From IMG/VR virus record IMGVR_UViG_3300044262_000072, positions 1 to 34,695 of that record: a DNA stretch of 34,695 nucleotides. One strand, written 5' to 3'. The notes under the pieces were generated by a model, which was not told the origin of the DNA, made no database searches, and saw only the letters and a list, made by a program, of their open reading frames with translations. The stretch's first letter is position 1. The number at the start of each line of letters is the position of its first letter. The DNA comes from a virus (taxonomy: Duplodnaviria; Caudoviricetes). Of the stretch, positions 16,911-23,773 are shown one piece after another. The translations under genes were made by a program, and so were the position numbers.

Positions 16911-16980
16911 GGTCAAAGTGGGATTCGAACCCACATCCCGCAGCACTAAGGCTCGATTCTACCTTTTGGGCTACATGACC
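16910..16980 (-). tRNA. Degenerate tRNA / tRNA-like element; isotype not assignable
   Basis: GGTCATG-TAGCCCAAAAGGTAGAAT-CGAGCCTTAGTGCTGCGGGAT-GTGGG TTCGAAT CCCAC-TTTGACC-A. Perfect T-arm, 6 of 7 acceptor pairs, T8A9G10 and D-loop GGTAG, but poor D-stem and a non-canonical anticodon arm. Confidence 0.65.
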
Positions 16981-16992
16981 TGTAAAGCTGCT

Positions 16993-17157
16993 TTACATCG
17001 GCAGTTTTACTGGTGCGCTTACATCTGCGCGGACGTTCGCGGACGGAGTAGCATTGTCGTCAATCACATCAGAGTTAGATCCCTGCACACAAGCAAAGCT
17101 GCAATTATACGTACATGATGTTAATAGAGGGAAAATAAGCAGTAGTAGAAATTTCAT
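16993..17157 (-). CDS. Small lipoprotein (54 aa), not in the ORF track
   Basis: MKFLLLLIFPLLTSC-TYNCSFACVQGSNSDVIDDNATPSANVRADVSAPVKLPM; type II signal peptide with lipobox LTSC; RBS GAGG. Confidence 0.75.
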   Translation of the reverse strand: MKFLLLLIFPLLTSCTYNCSFACVQGSNSDVIDDNATPSANVRADVSAPVKLPM

Positions 17158-17365
17158 ATTTGCCTCTATTTTTTAATTTTTCGTAGTTGTTTTTGTGATG
17201 ATCTTTAATTTTGATGTCATAGTAGCATATCTCGCAGACGCACTTGCCATCTTTGGTTTTGTACTCTTTGTATCCCCTGTCACAACTGCAACGCTCCTTA
17301 GGTGCGATATACATCGTTATATCTCCAAAATGGAAATATTTAGCATCGCCAGATTTTATGCGCAA
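17105..17365 (-). CDS. Hypothetical protein with CxC...CxxC motif
   Basis: 86-aa ORF adjacent to 17366-17578; 3' end overlaps the lipoprotein gene. Confidence 0.55.
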   Translation of the reverse strand: MRIKSGDAKYFHFGDITMYIAPKERCSCDRGYKEYKTKDGKCVCEICYYDIKIKDHHKNNYEKLKNRGKYEISTTAYFPSINIMYV

Positions 17366-17578
17366 CTACTTATTTTCAAGCTCTTTGATTCTTTTTTCCA
17401 TTTCCTCAATTGTATCGCAAATGAGATTCATTGCATCCTCAAATTTCCCAGACCTCGACATGTCGGAAATGAGAGTTCTAAGTAGGGTTTTTTCATTCTG
17501 TGGAATTTCGTTAGATGTCAAGTGTACAGTGTTTCCATACAGCTGGTACTGTGATTTGCTGTTGTCTATGTGATTCAT
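17366..17578 (-). CDS. Hypothetical protein
   Basis: 70 aa, ATGA-coupled to the upstream gene. Confidence 0.7.
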   Translation of the reverse strand: MNHIDNSKSQYQLYGNTVHLTSNEIPQNEKTLLRTLISDMSRSGKFEDAMNLICDTIEEMEKRIKELENK

Positions 17579-17949
17579 TTTACCTCAATCTCTATCCTAA
17601 AACTTGTGCCATCGCCTTTTTTCTGGTAATACTCAAACGTGATTCCCCTTTCCTCGTTGTCTGCCTGACCTGCCGCTAAACCTGGAAGGATTAAATTCGA
17701 CAGCTCGTCACGTATTCCTTTGCACGCAGCAATAAAATTATCAGAATCAAGAGGTCGTTCCCACTTGCTGGGATTATAAATTCTAGTAATTTTTACTACA
17801 CAAGGAGTTTTTACAAGCGTTCCGATTTTTTTTTCACGCCAAATGCTGATCAAACGCAGATAATTATTTTTGTTACGTTTATGCGTTTTAGACCAGTGCT
17901 CTTTCACATTTGGTGATTGTATTTTAAAATCAACGTAAAATTGGATCAC
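17575..17949 (-). CDS. RusA-like Holliday junction resolvase / endodeoxyribonuclease
   Basis: SPN...HW; PCVVKITRI...RPLDSDNFIAACKGIRD...GQADN...ITFEY.Q matches the RusA DxDN..K...D pattern; downstream of the replication genes. Confidence 0.75.
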   Translation of the reverse strand: MIQFYVDFKIQSPNVKEHWSKTHKRNKNNYLRLISIWREKKIGTLVKTPCVVKITRIYNPSKWERPLDSDNFIAACKGIRDELSNLILPGLAAGQADNEERGITFEYYQKKGDGTSFRIEIEVK

Positions 17950-18278
17950 GCCATTCCCCTAAAAAGAATCACCGCAAATTGATTTATAAGCATCCCTGTA
18001 TAAAGACACCCACAAAGTCCTACGGAGATCGTAAAGTGTAGCAAACTAGGGTCAAAAATGCACGATATAACAGCAAAGCCGAAAATAACTGCGCAAAGAA
18101 AAAGGTTAAGAAAAATCTGCTTCTGAAGCTTGCTAACAGTGATATCTTCAATCTGGCGCCCGTTAAATGCAATAGCTGCAAGATTTGCTTCTACAGCCAT
18201 GACATTTCGATCTACGCGGTCAAAACGTGCGATTAAGTCAGGGTGTATGACAAGATTGCCGTTAGGGTCTGGGATCAT
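17946..18278 (-). CDS. Membrane protein with two C-terminal TM helices
   Basis: IFLNLFLCAVIFGFAVISCIF and FTISVGLCGCLYTGMLI hydrophobic segments. Confidence 0.65.
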   Translation of the reverse strand: MIPDPNGNLVIHPDLIARFDRVDRNVMAVEANLAAIAFNGRQIEDITVSKLQKQIFLNLFLCAVIFGFAVISCIFDPSLLHFTISVGLCGCLYTGMLINQFAVILFRGMA

Positions 18279-18428
18279 GATATATCACCGGATTTTTGTT
18301 ATACTTTGCTATCATCGTCTTCTTCGTTAAGTATCACAAACTTTCCGTTTTCGTCAAACACTGTCTTTCTCCATTTTTAAACCACGTCTAATTCACACAG
18401 AAACCTATCGCCATTGCACGATCTATGT

Positions 18429-18650
18429 TTAAATAGCTTTCTGCTCATACCTACACTTTGCGCACTCCCAAACGTAACCTCCGCTTAAAGATTGCCCTGA
18501 CCAATCGAGATGTATTTTGCCTTCAGAGTCAGTATAACTTTGCCCATCATATGGGACTTCGCAGAAAGTACACCTGCATCTTTGCCAAGGATTTTTATAA
18601 GGGTTAAAAGGTTGAATGCGAATTTCTGGTTCTTTTTTCTCAAATCTCAT
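18429..18650 (-). CDS. Small zinc-binding hypothetical protein
   Basis: CTFC...CAKC motif, 73 aa. Confidence 0.6.
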   Translation of the reverse strand: MRFEKKEPEIRIQPFNPYKNPWQRCRCTFCEVPYDGQSYTDSEGKIHLDWSGQSLSGGYVWECAKCRYEQKAI

Positions 18651-18653
18651 TTT

Positions 18654-19301
18654 TTAGTATCCAAGCTGTCTTAAATCAGGTGCGTTAAAATTCTCAAATA
18701 TTGTATTTTCTTTTGCAAAAAGTCTGCTATGCATTCTATCTCCATATGTTTTGAAAAAAGAGTCTCTATTTAGATTGCTTGTAAAAATAGTGGGCTTGTT
18801 GCTGCTGTATCTGTAATCCACTATTGCAAACATTAACTCTCTTCTATACTCCATTTTTGTAGCAGTTGGAGGATCATACATATCTCCGTACTTATCGGCA
18901 TTGATCCAAGATCCTACATCGTCAAGCATGATTAAATCATCGTCAACCGTTCTTAATGCATCAGAAAGATAATCTCCCATACCTGAAGCAATAATGTTCC
19001 TTGATCTACTTAAAACATCTTCTTCTTTGTGCATTCTTACTGATTCAAAATTTCTTATTGCCCAATCTGCTAAAGCAGAACAAAAATAAGTTTTTCCAAC
19101 TCCTGCATTTCCTAAGTACACGAAAAGATGTTTAGGTTTTTTTATGTACGCTGAAATGATTGAGGCACCCCGTTCACAAACTTTGAGTTTAGAAATGGTT
19201 GCCCCAACGTATTTATCTTCGAAGTTTCGTTTTTGGAACTCTCTGACTGCTCTTTCGGCTTTTCTTTCTCTTTCTCTTTCTGGTGATTCGTTTTCTTCCA
19301 T
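18654..19301 (-). CDS. DnaC/IstB-like AAA+ helicase loader
   Basis: Walker A GNAGVGKT, Walker B LIMLDDVG, IVDYRY..NKPTIFTSNL, GDRMHSRL, DLR. Confidence 0.92.
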   Translation of the reverse strand: MEENESPERERERKAERAVREFQKRNFEDKYVGATISKLKVCERGASIISAYIKKPKHLFVYLGNAGVGKTYFCSALADWAIRNFESVRMHKEEDVLSRSRNIIASGMGDYLSDALRTVDDDLIMLDDVGSWINADKYGDMYDPPTATKMEYRRELMFAIVDYRYSSNKPTIFTSNLNRDSFFKTYGDRMHSRLFAKENTIFENFNAPDLRQLGY

Positions 19302-20020
19302 TCTTTCCCTTTTTCTCTAAGATTTTGTATATTTTTTTTAGCTATGAAGTTTTTCATGATGCCTTCGCAATAGGCGAACCAGTCATTAAGAGGATGCTCA
19401 TAATCAACAACACACTCCCAACATTTTTGAATTTCGTCTAGACTCCAATTTTTTCCGGCAAGTATAGCCCTTGTCACGAGATCTTGTCGAGAAATAAAAA
19501 ACTTATTTCCTTTACTATCAATCTTTTGAATTTTATCCCAAGGCTCTGTAACCGCCGGCGAAGCCGAGACAAGCGGTGAAAGAGCACAGAACAACTTATC
19601 TTGTTTAGCATCTTGTATAGTATTTGGTATTGGTTGGGCACTTTTGCCCATCGAGAGGGCACTTTTGCCCTCTCCAAGGGCATTTTTGCCCTTCGTGAAA
19701 CTTTTTTTAATTCCTATCATTTGTTCTTCATTTACAAAGGCATACCATAGTGTCTTATCAAACCCCTTTTTATTAAAATTATTGGTTTCGAGTACTCCAA
19801 GCGACACAAGCTTCTCGCAAAGATATTTGACTTTGTCATACCCCCAATAGGTAAAATGAGCTGCCATTTCTTTCCGAGTCTGATAAGTCCAAGTCTTGCC
19901 GTCTCGGTAATTAGAGCCGTTTTGCCGATTAAATCTTATCCAGTGTTGAAAATGGTGAATTAAAATAGCTTCTTCAACGCCATATTTTTCGGCTAAAAGG
20001 ATATCAAATGAATGATGCAT
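19142..20020 (-). CDS. Phage replication initiator (winged-helix N-terminus)
   Basis: MHHSFDI.LAEKYGVEEAILIHHFQHWI..N...DGKTWTYQT..EM...F.YW...FDKTLWY is typical of phage replisome organisers; upstream of the DnaC-like gene; contains iterons. Confidence 0.85.
   Translation of the reverse strand: MHHSFDILLAEKYGVEEAILIHHFQHWIRFNRQNGSNYRDGKTWTYQTRKEMAAHFTYWGYDKVKYLCEKLVSLGVLETNNFNKKGFDKTLWYAFVNEEQMIGIKKSFTKGKNALGEGKSALSMGKSAQPIPNTIQDAKQDKLFCALSPLVSASPAVTEPWDKIQKIDSKGNKFFISRQDLVTRAILAGKNWSLDEIQKCWECVVDYEHPLNDWFAYCEGIMKNFIAKKNIQNLREKGKEWKKTNHQKEKEKEKPKEQSESSKNETSKINTLGQPFLNSKFVNGVPQSFQRT
19636..19691. repeat. Replication-origin iterons: three GGGCA(C/T)TTTTGCCC repeats at a 21-bp period
   Basis: Copies at 19636-19649, 19657-19670 and 19678-19691. 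Each is a GGGCA-N4-TGCCC dyad inside the initiator gene, with AT-rich flanks. Confidence 0.85.
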
Positions 20021-20051
20021 GGGGAATTCCTCATTAAAAATTTTCCTGTTA

Positions 20052-20080
20052 TTGCGAAAAATTCTCTAGTGAGGTATAGT
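20052..20080 (+). promoter_or_regulatory. Antisense promoter in the rep leader
   Basis: TTGCGA-17-TATAGT with no plus-strand gene downstream. Confidence 0.75.
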
Positions 20081-20086
20081 CGAAGC

Positions 20087-20181
20087 AACATTTCAGATTG
20101 TTATCTTTTTTTATGACTAGACCTCATTAGAAAAGCAAATCGCCTAAAACGCCCGAACTCCAAGTCGGGCGTTTTGTTTTT
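20087..20181 (+). ncRNA. Predicted counter-transcribed RNA 1 (about 95 nt), antisense to the rep mRNA leader
   Basis: Bounded by the promoter at 20052-20080 and the terminator at 20146-20181. Confidence 0.65.
20146..20181 (+). terminator. Intrinsic terminator, possibly bidirectional
   Basis: AAAACGCCCGA-actccaag-TCGGGCGTTTT-GTTTTT. Confidence 0.85.
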
Positions 20182-20185
20182 ATAG

Positions 20186-20214
20186 AGTATACCTCTAAAA
20201 CCCGATTAGCTCAA
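20186..20214 (-). promoter_or_regulatory. Promoter of the replication operon
   Basis: TTGAGC-17-TATACT on the minus strand, giving a leader of about 160 nt before ATG 20020. Confidence 0.7.
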
Positions 20215-20236
20215 GCGAATCCACCCACGTTGAACC

Positions 20237-20479
20237 TCAACCCTTTTTTTTTCCAGAATTATTTTTACGATAAAATTCATTTATGCGAAGCTGCCTCAAT
20301 TGGTCAAACGTGAAATTATCCGGATCAAGTACATATTTTTCCTCATACATCCTTGCAAATTTCTGTGCTTCCTCTTCCGTTGCAAATGACGTTATGAAGG
20401 GTTTAATGCCTTTTCGGCGAAACATTAATCGCCACATGACCGTTCCGTTTTTTAATGGTCTCTTAAAAATACTCGCCAT
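20237..20479 (-). CDS. Small protein resembling an integrase N-terminal arm-binding (AP2-like) domain, stand-alone
   Basis: MASIFKRPLKNGTVMWRLMFRRKG.KP...SFATEEEAQKFA shows the three-strand plus helix pattern of tyrosine-integrase N-termini; no catalytic domain follows. Confidence 0.7.
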   Translation of the reverse strand: MASIFKRPLKNGTVMWRLMFRRKGIKPFITSFATEEEAQKFARMYEEKYVLDPDNFTFDQLRQLRINEFYRKNNSGKKKG

Positions 20480-20484
20480 TTTTC

Positions 20485-20513
20485 TTGATCCAATTTTTGG
20501 CGTTTTGTATAGT
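20485..20513 (+). promoter_or_regulatory. Second antisense promoter
   Basis: TTGATC-17-TATAGT. Confidence 0.7.
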
Positions 20514-20519
20514 CAAATT

Positions 20520-20616
20520 AAGACTGCAGAATTTTGCCTTTGACTGGATTTTTAGAATATTTCGTTTTTTCATATTTTTCTGACTGTACCCTCGGTCTCC
20601 ATTCCGGGGGTTTTTT
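20520..20616 (+). ncRNA. Predicted counter-transcribed RNA 2 (about 95 nt), antisense to the interval between cro and the 20479 gene
   Basis: Bounded by the promoter at 20485-20513 and the plus-strand terminator at 20588-20616. Confidence 0.6.
20588..20616 (+). terminator. Intrinsic terminator oriented against the flanking minus-strand genes
   Basis: ACCCTCGG-tctccatt-CCGGGGGT-TTTTT; the G-U pair and U-tract only work on the plus strand. Confidence 0.75.
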
Positions 20617-20821
20617 ATATCTTCTTCTCATATTTAGCGTCTAAAAGTTCAGCTACCGTAACCTGTCCTCCAGTAATATGCTCTATGGATTCAGCTAATC
20701 TTTTGCTAGGCTTTTGGTGGAAAGAAGCTACACGGCAAATATATGCGTAGTTGTAACCTACTTTTTGCGCGAACTCCTTGCGTCTTACATTGTTAAAATG
20801 AAAATAATCCCTAAGCTTCAT
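20615..20821 (-). CDS. Cro/YdaS-like HTH regulator
   Basis: MKLRDYF....RKEFAQKVG....YI..VA....KPS..LA..IE..TGGQVT..EL; RBS AAGGAG. Confidence 0.85.
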   Translation of the reverse strand: MKLRDYFHFNNVRRKEFAQKVGYNYAYICRVASFHQKPSKRLAESIEHITGGQVTVAELLDAKYEKKI

Positions 20822-20846
20822 GGTGTTCTCCTTGTGTTTTAGCAAC

Positions 20847-20920
20847 ATGCTAGCCAGATCATTCTTTTTTTTCTATACTTTTTGATAAACCTTGCACAAA
20901 TTCCCAAAATGTACTAAAGT
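20847..20920. promoter_or_regulatory. Back-to-back divergent promoters
   Basis: Plus strand TTGCAC(20892)-17-TAAAGT; minus strand TAGAAA(20875)-17-TAGCAT. Confidence 0.55.
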
Positions 20921-20947
20921 ATAAACATATCAAAAAAGGAGATCCAC

Positions 20948-21124
20948 ATGTGCAAGGAATTATGGATAGAGGCCTATGACTCAAAAATACACGAGATTAT
21001 GCAAAAACATAATATGGACTATGAAGAAGCTGACGAACTTCTCAGGGAAGTGTTAGACTCTAATCCCAGATATCTTGATGGATATATGGGCGATCTTATC
21101 GATTTTTACGCAACAGCATATTAA
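20948..21124 (+). CDS. Small acidic protein (58 aa), not in the ORF track
   Basis: MCKELWIEAYDSKIHEIMQKHNMDYEEADELLREVLDSNPRYLDGYMGDLIDFYATAY; RBS AAGGAG. Confidence 0.8.
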   Translation: MCKELWIEAYDSKIHEIMQKHNMDYEEADELLREVLDSNPRYLDGYMGDLIDFYATAY

Positions 21125-21134
21125 AGGAAAAACC

Positions 21135-21959
21135 ATGAGCAACGAATTAGTAAAACATGAAGCAAGAGAAATCTCACCATCTTCTCACTTCACACAAGAA
21201 CAAATTGAGACTATCAAAAGCATTTATTGCAAAGGCGCTTCAGATGATGAGTTTAAGGTGTTTTTGTATACCTGCCAGCGTACAGGATTAGATCCTTTCG
21301 CTCGCCAGGTTTACTATATCAAGCGCGGTAATCAAATGACTATCCAAACTTCAATTGATGGATACCGTTTAGTCGCAGATAGAACCGGAAGATACGCACC
21401 AGGTCAAGAGCCATCTTTTGTGCATGATGCAAATGGCAAACTTTTGTCTGCTACTGCTTATATCAAAAAACGCACATCTGATGGGACTTGGCACATTGTT
21501 CCTGCGACTGCTCATTTTGAAGAATACGTTCAGGTTTTCCAAGGCAAACCATCTGGATTATGGCAAAAAATGCCTAGAACTATGCTTGCTAAATGTGCCG
21601 AGGCTTTAGCTATTAGAAAAGCGTTTCCGGCTGAGTTAAGCGGTATTTATACAAAAGAAGAAATGGATCAAGCGGATAGCGTTGAAGTTGAGGTGGTCGG
21701 TCAGTCTGTTAAGCCTATCGAGTACATAACAGCTGAACAAGCCGAAGAACTCACAAAAATCATCTCAGAATGCGATCCATCTAAACTTGATGTGATGTTA
21801 GAGCATGTACGCAAAAAATGCAATGGCGGCGATATTAGACAGCTTCCGGCCAAATGTTATGGTAACATGCTTTCGCTTTTTCAGGACAGAAGAGCGCAGT
21901 ATCTAGCTCAACAGATCGAAATGAAGATGAATGGAGATATAGACGATGCAAGCGAGTAA
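21135..21959 (+). CDS. bet: Single-strand annealing recombinase Bet (RecT/Red-beta family)
   Basis: GASDDEFKVFL..CQRTGLDPFARQVY, IQTSIDGYRLVADRTG, WQKMPRTMLAKCAEALAIRKAFP..LSGIYT.EEM. Confidence 0.93.
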   Translation: MSNELVKHEAREISPSSHFTQEQIETIKSIYCKGASDDEFKVFLYTCQRTGLDPFARQVYYIKRGNQMTIQTSIDGYRLVADRTGRYAPGQEPSFVHDANGKLLSATAYIKKRTSDGTWHIVPATAHFEEYVQVFQGKPSGLWQKMPRTMLAKCAEALAIRKAFPAELSGIYTKEEMDQADSVEVEVVGQSVKPIEYITAEQAEELTKIISECDPSKLDVMLEHVRKKCNGGDIRQLPAKCYGNMLSLFQDRRAQYLAQQIEMKMNGDIDDASE

Positions 21960-22389
21960 TTACGACACTGATTTTTATGCATGGTCTGCTGAGCAAGCAG
22001 ACCTTTTGAAAGAAAGGAAATTTGAAATGATTGACTGGGAAAATGTGATTGAGGAGATTGAATCGTTGGCAAGAAGAGATAAACGCTCCGTAAAAAGCTT
22101 TTTAGAGAATATTTTTATGCATTCCTTGAAGCTAAAATTTCAACCTGAAAAACAAATAGACTCATATTCCTGGCAGAATTCTATAAGAACATCTTTTAGG
22201 CAATTGCATATCATATTAGACGATAGTCCTAGTTTAAAAGCACAACTAGAAGAATTTATTACTGAATGTTATACACGCGCAGTAAAAGAAGCTTCTAAAG
22301 AAACAAATATAAATACAAATGTTTTTCCTAAAGAGTGTCCTTGGACAAAGGAACAAATTTTAGATGGAGAGTGTCCTTATGAATGCTAA
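21946..22389 (+). CDS. DUF29 family protein
   Basis: YDTDFYAW..EQADLL......IDWENVIEEIESLARRDK...H.LK..FQP...SW..SI...DSPSLK...FP.ECPW..EQILD. Confidence 0.92.
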   Translation: MQASNYDTDFYAWSAEQADLLKERKFEMIDWENVIEEIESLARRDKRSVKSFLENIFMHSLKLKFQPEKQIDSYSWQNSIRTSFRQLHIILDDSPSLKAQLEEFITECYTRAVKEASKETNINTNVFPKECPWTKEQILDGECPYEC

Positions 22390-23251
22390 CAGAATTATGC
22401 TCGAACAAGGTTCTGATAGTTGGAAAAGCTTCCGAAAAGGGAAAATTTCTGCAAGTAAGGTCGCTGCAATTTTAGGAATTTGCCCCTATCGTTCTTGTTT
22501 AATGTTATATGAAGAAGAAATGGGTCTTCGCGAACCTCAAGCATCAAGCTCTCATATGCAACGCGGTTTGGATGTTGAGGATCAAGTAAGGCAATGGTTC
22601 TTTGATTACTATCGTATAGAAGTGCAACCATGCGTTTTGCAAAGTAAAGAAAATCCTTTGTTTATCGCCAGTTTAGACGGAATCAATTCAATAAATACTT
22701 GTATAGTTGAAATAAAAAACAACAATAAAGAGTACCATGAAATGGCGCAATCTGGTAAGCTACCTGAGCATCACAGGGCTCAAGTTCAATTTCAAATGTT
22801 TGTTAGCGGTTTAGATGATTGCTACTACATCAGTCACAGACAAGGTGATTATGCTTTAGTTGTTGTTCAGCGCAATCAAGCTTACATAGACGACATGTTG
22901 CCTAAGGTGATCGATTTTAAGCGTAGGCTAGACGAATTCGATCCGCCCCCTGCGACAGATCGAGACTATGAGGACCTAAGCAGTGACATGATTTTACAAG
23001 ATCTTATGACACAGTATGACAATGATACACGAATAGCAAAAGAGTTGCTCGATAGAGCCGAGAGATTGAAGAAAGATGTTATAGAACGCATTGGAAACAA
23101 AAATGCTAAGGGTACTAACTGGAAGGTTTCTAGATATGAAACACAAGGGCGCGTTGATTATCAGGCAATAGTCACAGACCTTTGCCCAGATGTAGATCTA
23201 GAGAAGTATAGGAAGAAAGGATCTTACAGCTATAGGATTACAGTACAGTAA
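22379..23251 (+). CDS. YqaJ/lambda-exonuclease family recombination nuclease
   Basis: QGSDSW..FR..KISAS..AAILG..PY, ASLDG, IVEIK, QVQFQMFVSG. Confidence 0.92.
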   Translation: MNANRIMLEQGSDSWKSFRKGKISASKVAAILGICPYRSCLMLYEEEMGLREPQASSSHMQRGLDVEDQVRQWFFDYYRIEVQPCVLQSKENPLFIASLDGINSINTCIVEIKNNNKEYHEMAQSGKLPEHHRAQVQFQMFVSGLDDCYYISHRQGDYALVVVQRNQAYIDDMLPKVIDFKRRLDEFDPPPATDRDYEDLSSDMILQDLMTQYDNDTRIAKELLDRAERLKKDVIERIGNKNAKGTNWKVSRYETQGRVDYQAIVTDLCPDVDLEKYRKKGSYSYRITVQ

Positions 23252-23349
23252 AGAAAGTGCGTAGTTATGGATACCTACGCACGATCCGAACATGAGCCGC
23301 ATGTTCAATGCCTTTTTACTAAAGCCGAAAAATTTAAGCAAGCGATAAT

Positions 23350-23580
23350 ATGCAGTACGATATGTTTGAGTCAGAGACAATACAGCTTCTTAGACAAGAG
23401 CTAGAATCTACGCGTGAACAGCTTGCTAAAAATAACCGTGCAGCTTTCCGCGAAATCGGTATGTTAAAAAAACAGATAAAATCCCTACAGTCTGAGCAAG
23501 AACACGTTAAGCAAATTGCAGCTAAAAAGAAATCAAAGGTTATTCCGTTTTTTCATGAGTATTTAGAGGTCAGTAAATAA
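23350..23580 (+). CDS. Coiled-coil hypothetical protein
   Basis: 76 aa; coupled to the next ORF. Confidence 0.7.
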   Translation: MQYDMFESETIQLLRQELESTREQLAKNNRAAFREIGMLKKQIKSLQSEQEHVKQIAAKKKSKVIPFFHEYLEVSK

Positions 23581-23735
23581 TGGATATATGTTATCTATGC
23601 CAAAAAGAACTTCATGTTTTTATGACTACACCAATATTGGAAACTCCGGATGGAAAACTCCAACAAATATGTGAAGAGTGCGCGGATAAAAATTTTCCTG
23701 GATGGGATGATGAGGAGGATGAGGAGGATGAGTAA
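23580..23735 (+). CDS. Small zinc-finger protein with acidic tail (51 aa), not in the ORF track
   Basis: MDICYLC...QICEECADKNFPGWDDEEDEEDE; RBS GAGG. Confidence 0.7.
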   Translation: MDICYLCQKELHVFMTTPILETPDGKLQQICEECADKNFPGWDDEEDEEDE

Positions 23736-23773
23736 GTGATCAAAAATGCACATATTAGGAAAATAGGTTTAAA

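Noticed and set aside
16910-16980. Suppressor tRNA or stop-codon recoding (TTA/TAG in the loop)
   Set aside because: The anticodon arm is non-canonical, and genes are full length under the standard code, ending in TAA, TAG and TGA.
16846-17118. 90-aa plus-strand ORF
   Set aside because: It runs through a terminator, the tRNA-like element and the minus-strand lipoprotein gene, so it is likely spurious.
18298-18448. Short minus-strand frame interrupted by TAA (possible pseudogene or read-through)
   Set aside because: Both pieces are under 26 codons with no recognisable motif.
19636-19691. Mini CRISPR array
   Set aside because: Repeats are 14 bp with 7-bp gaps inside a CDS and there are no cas genes; they fit iterons.
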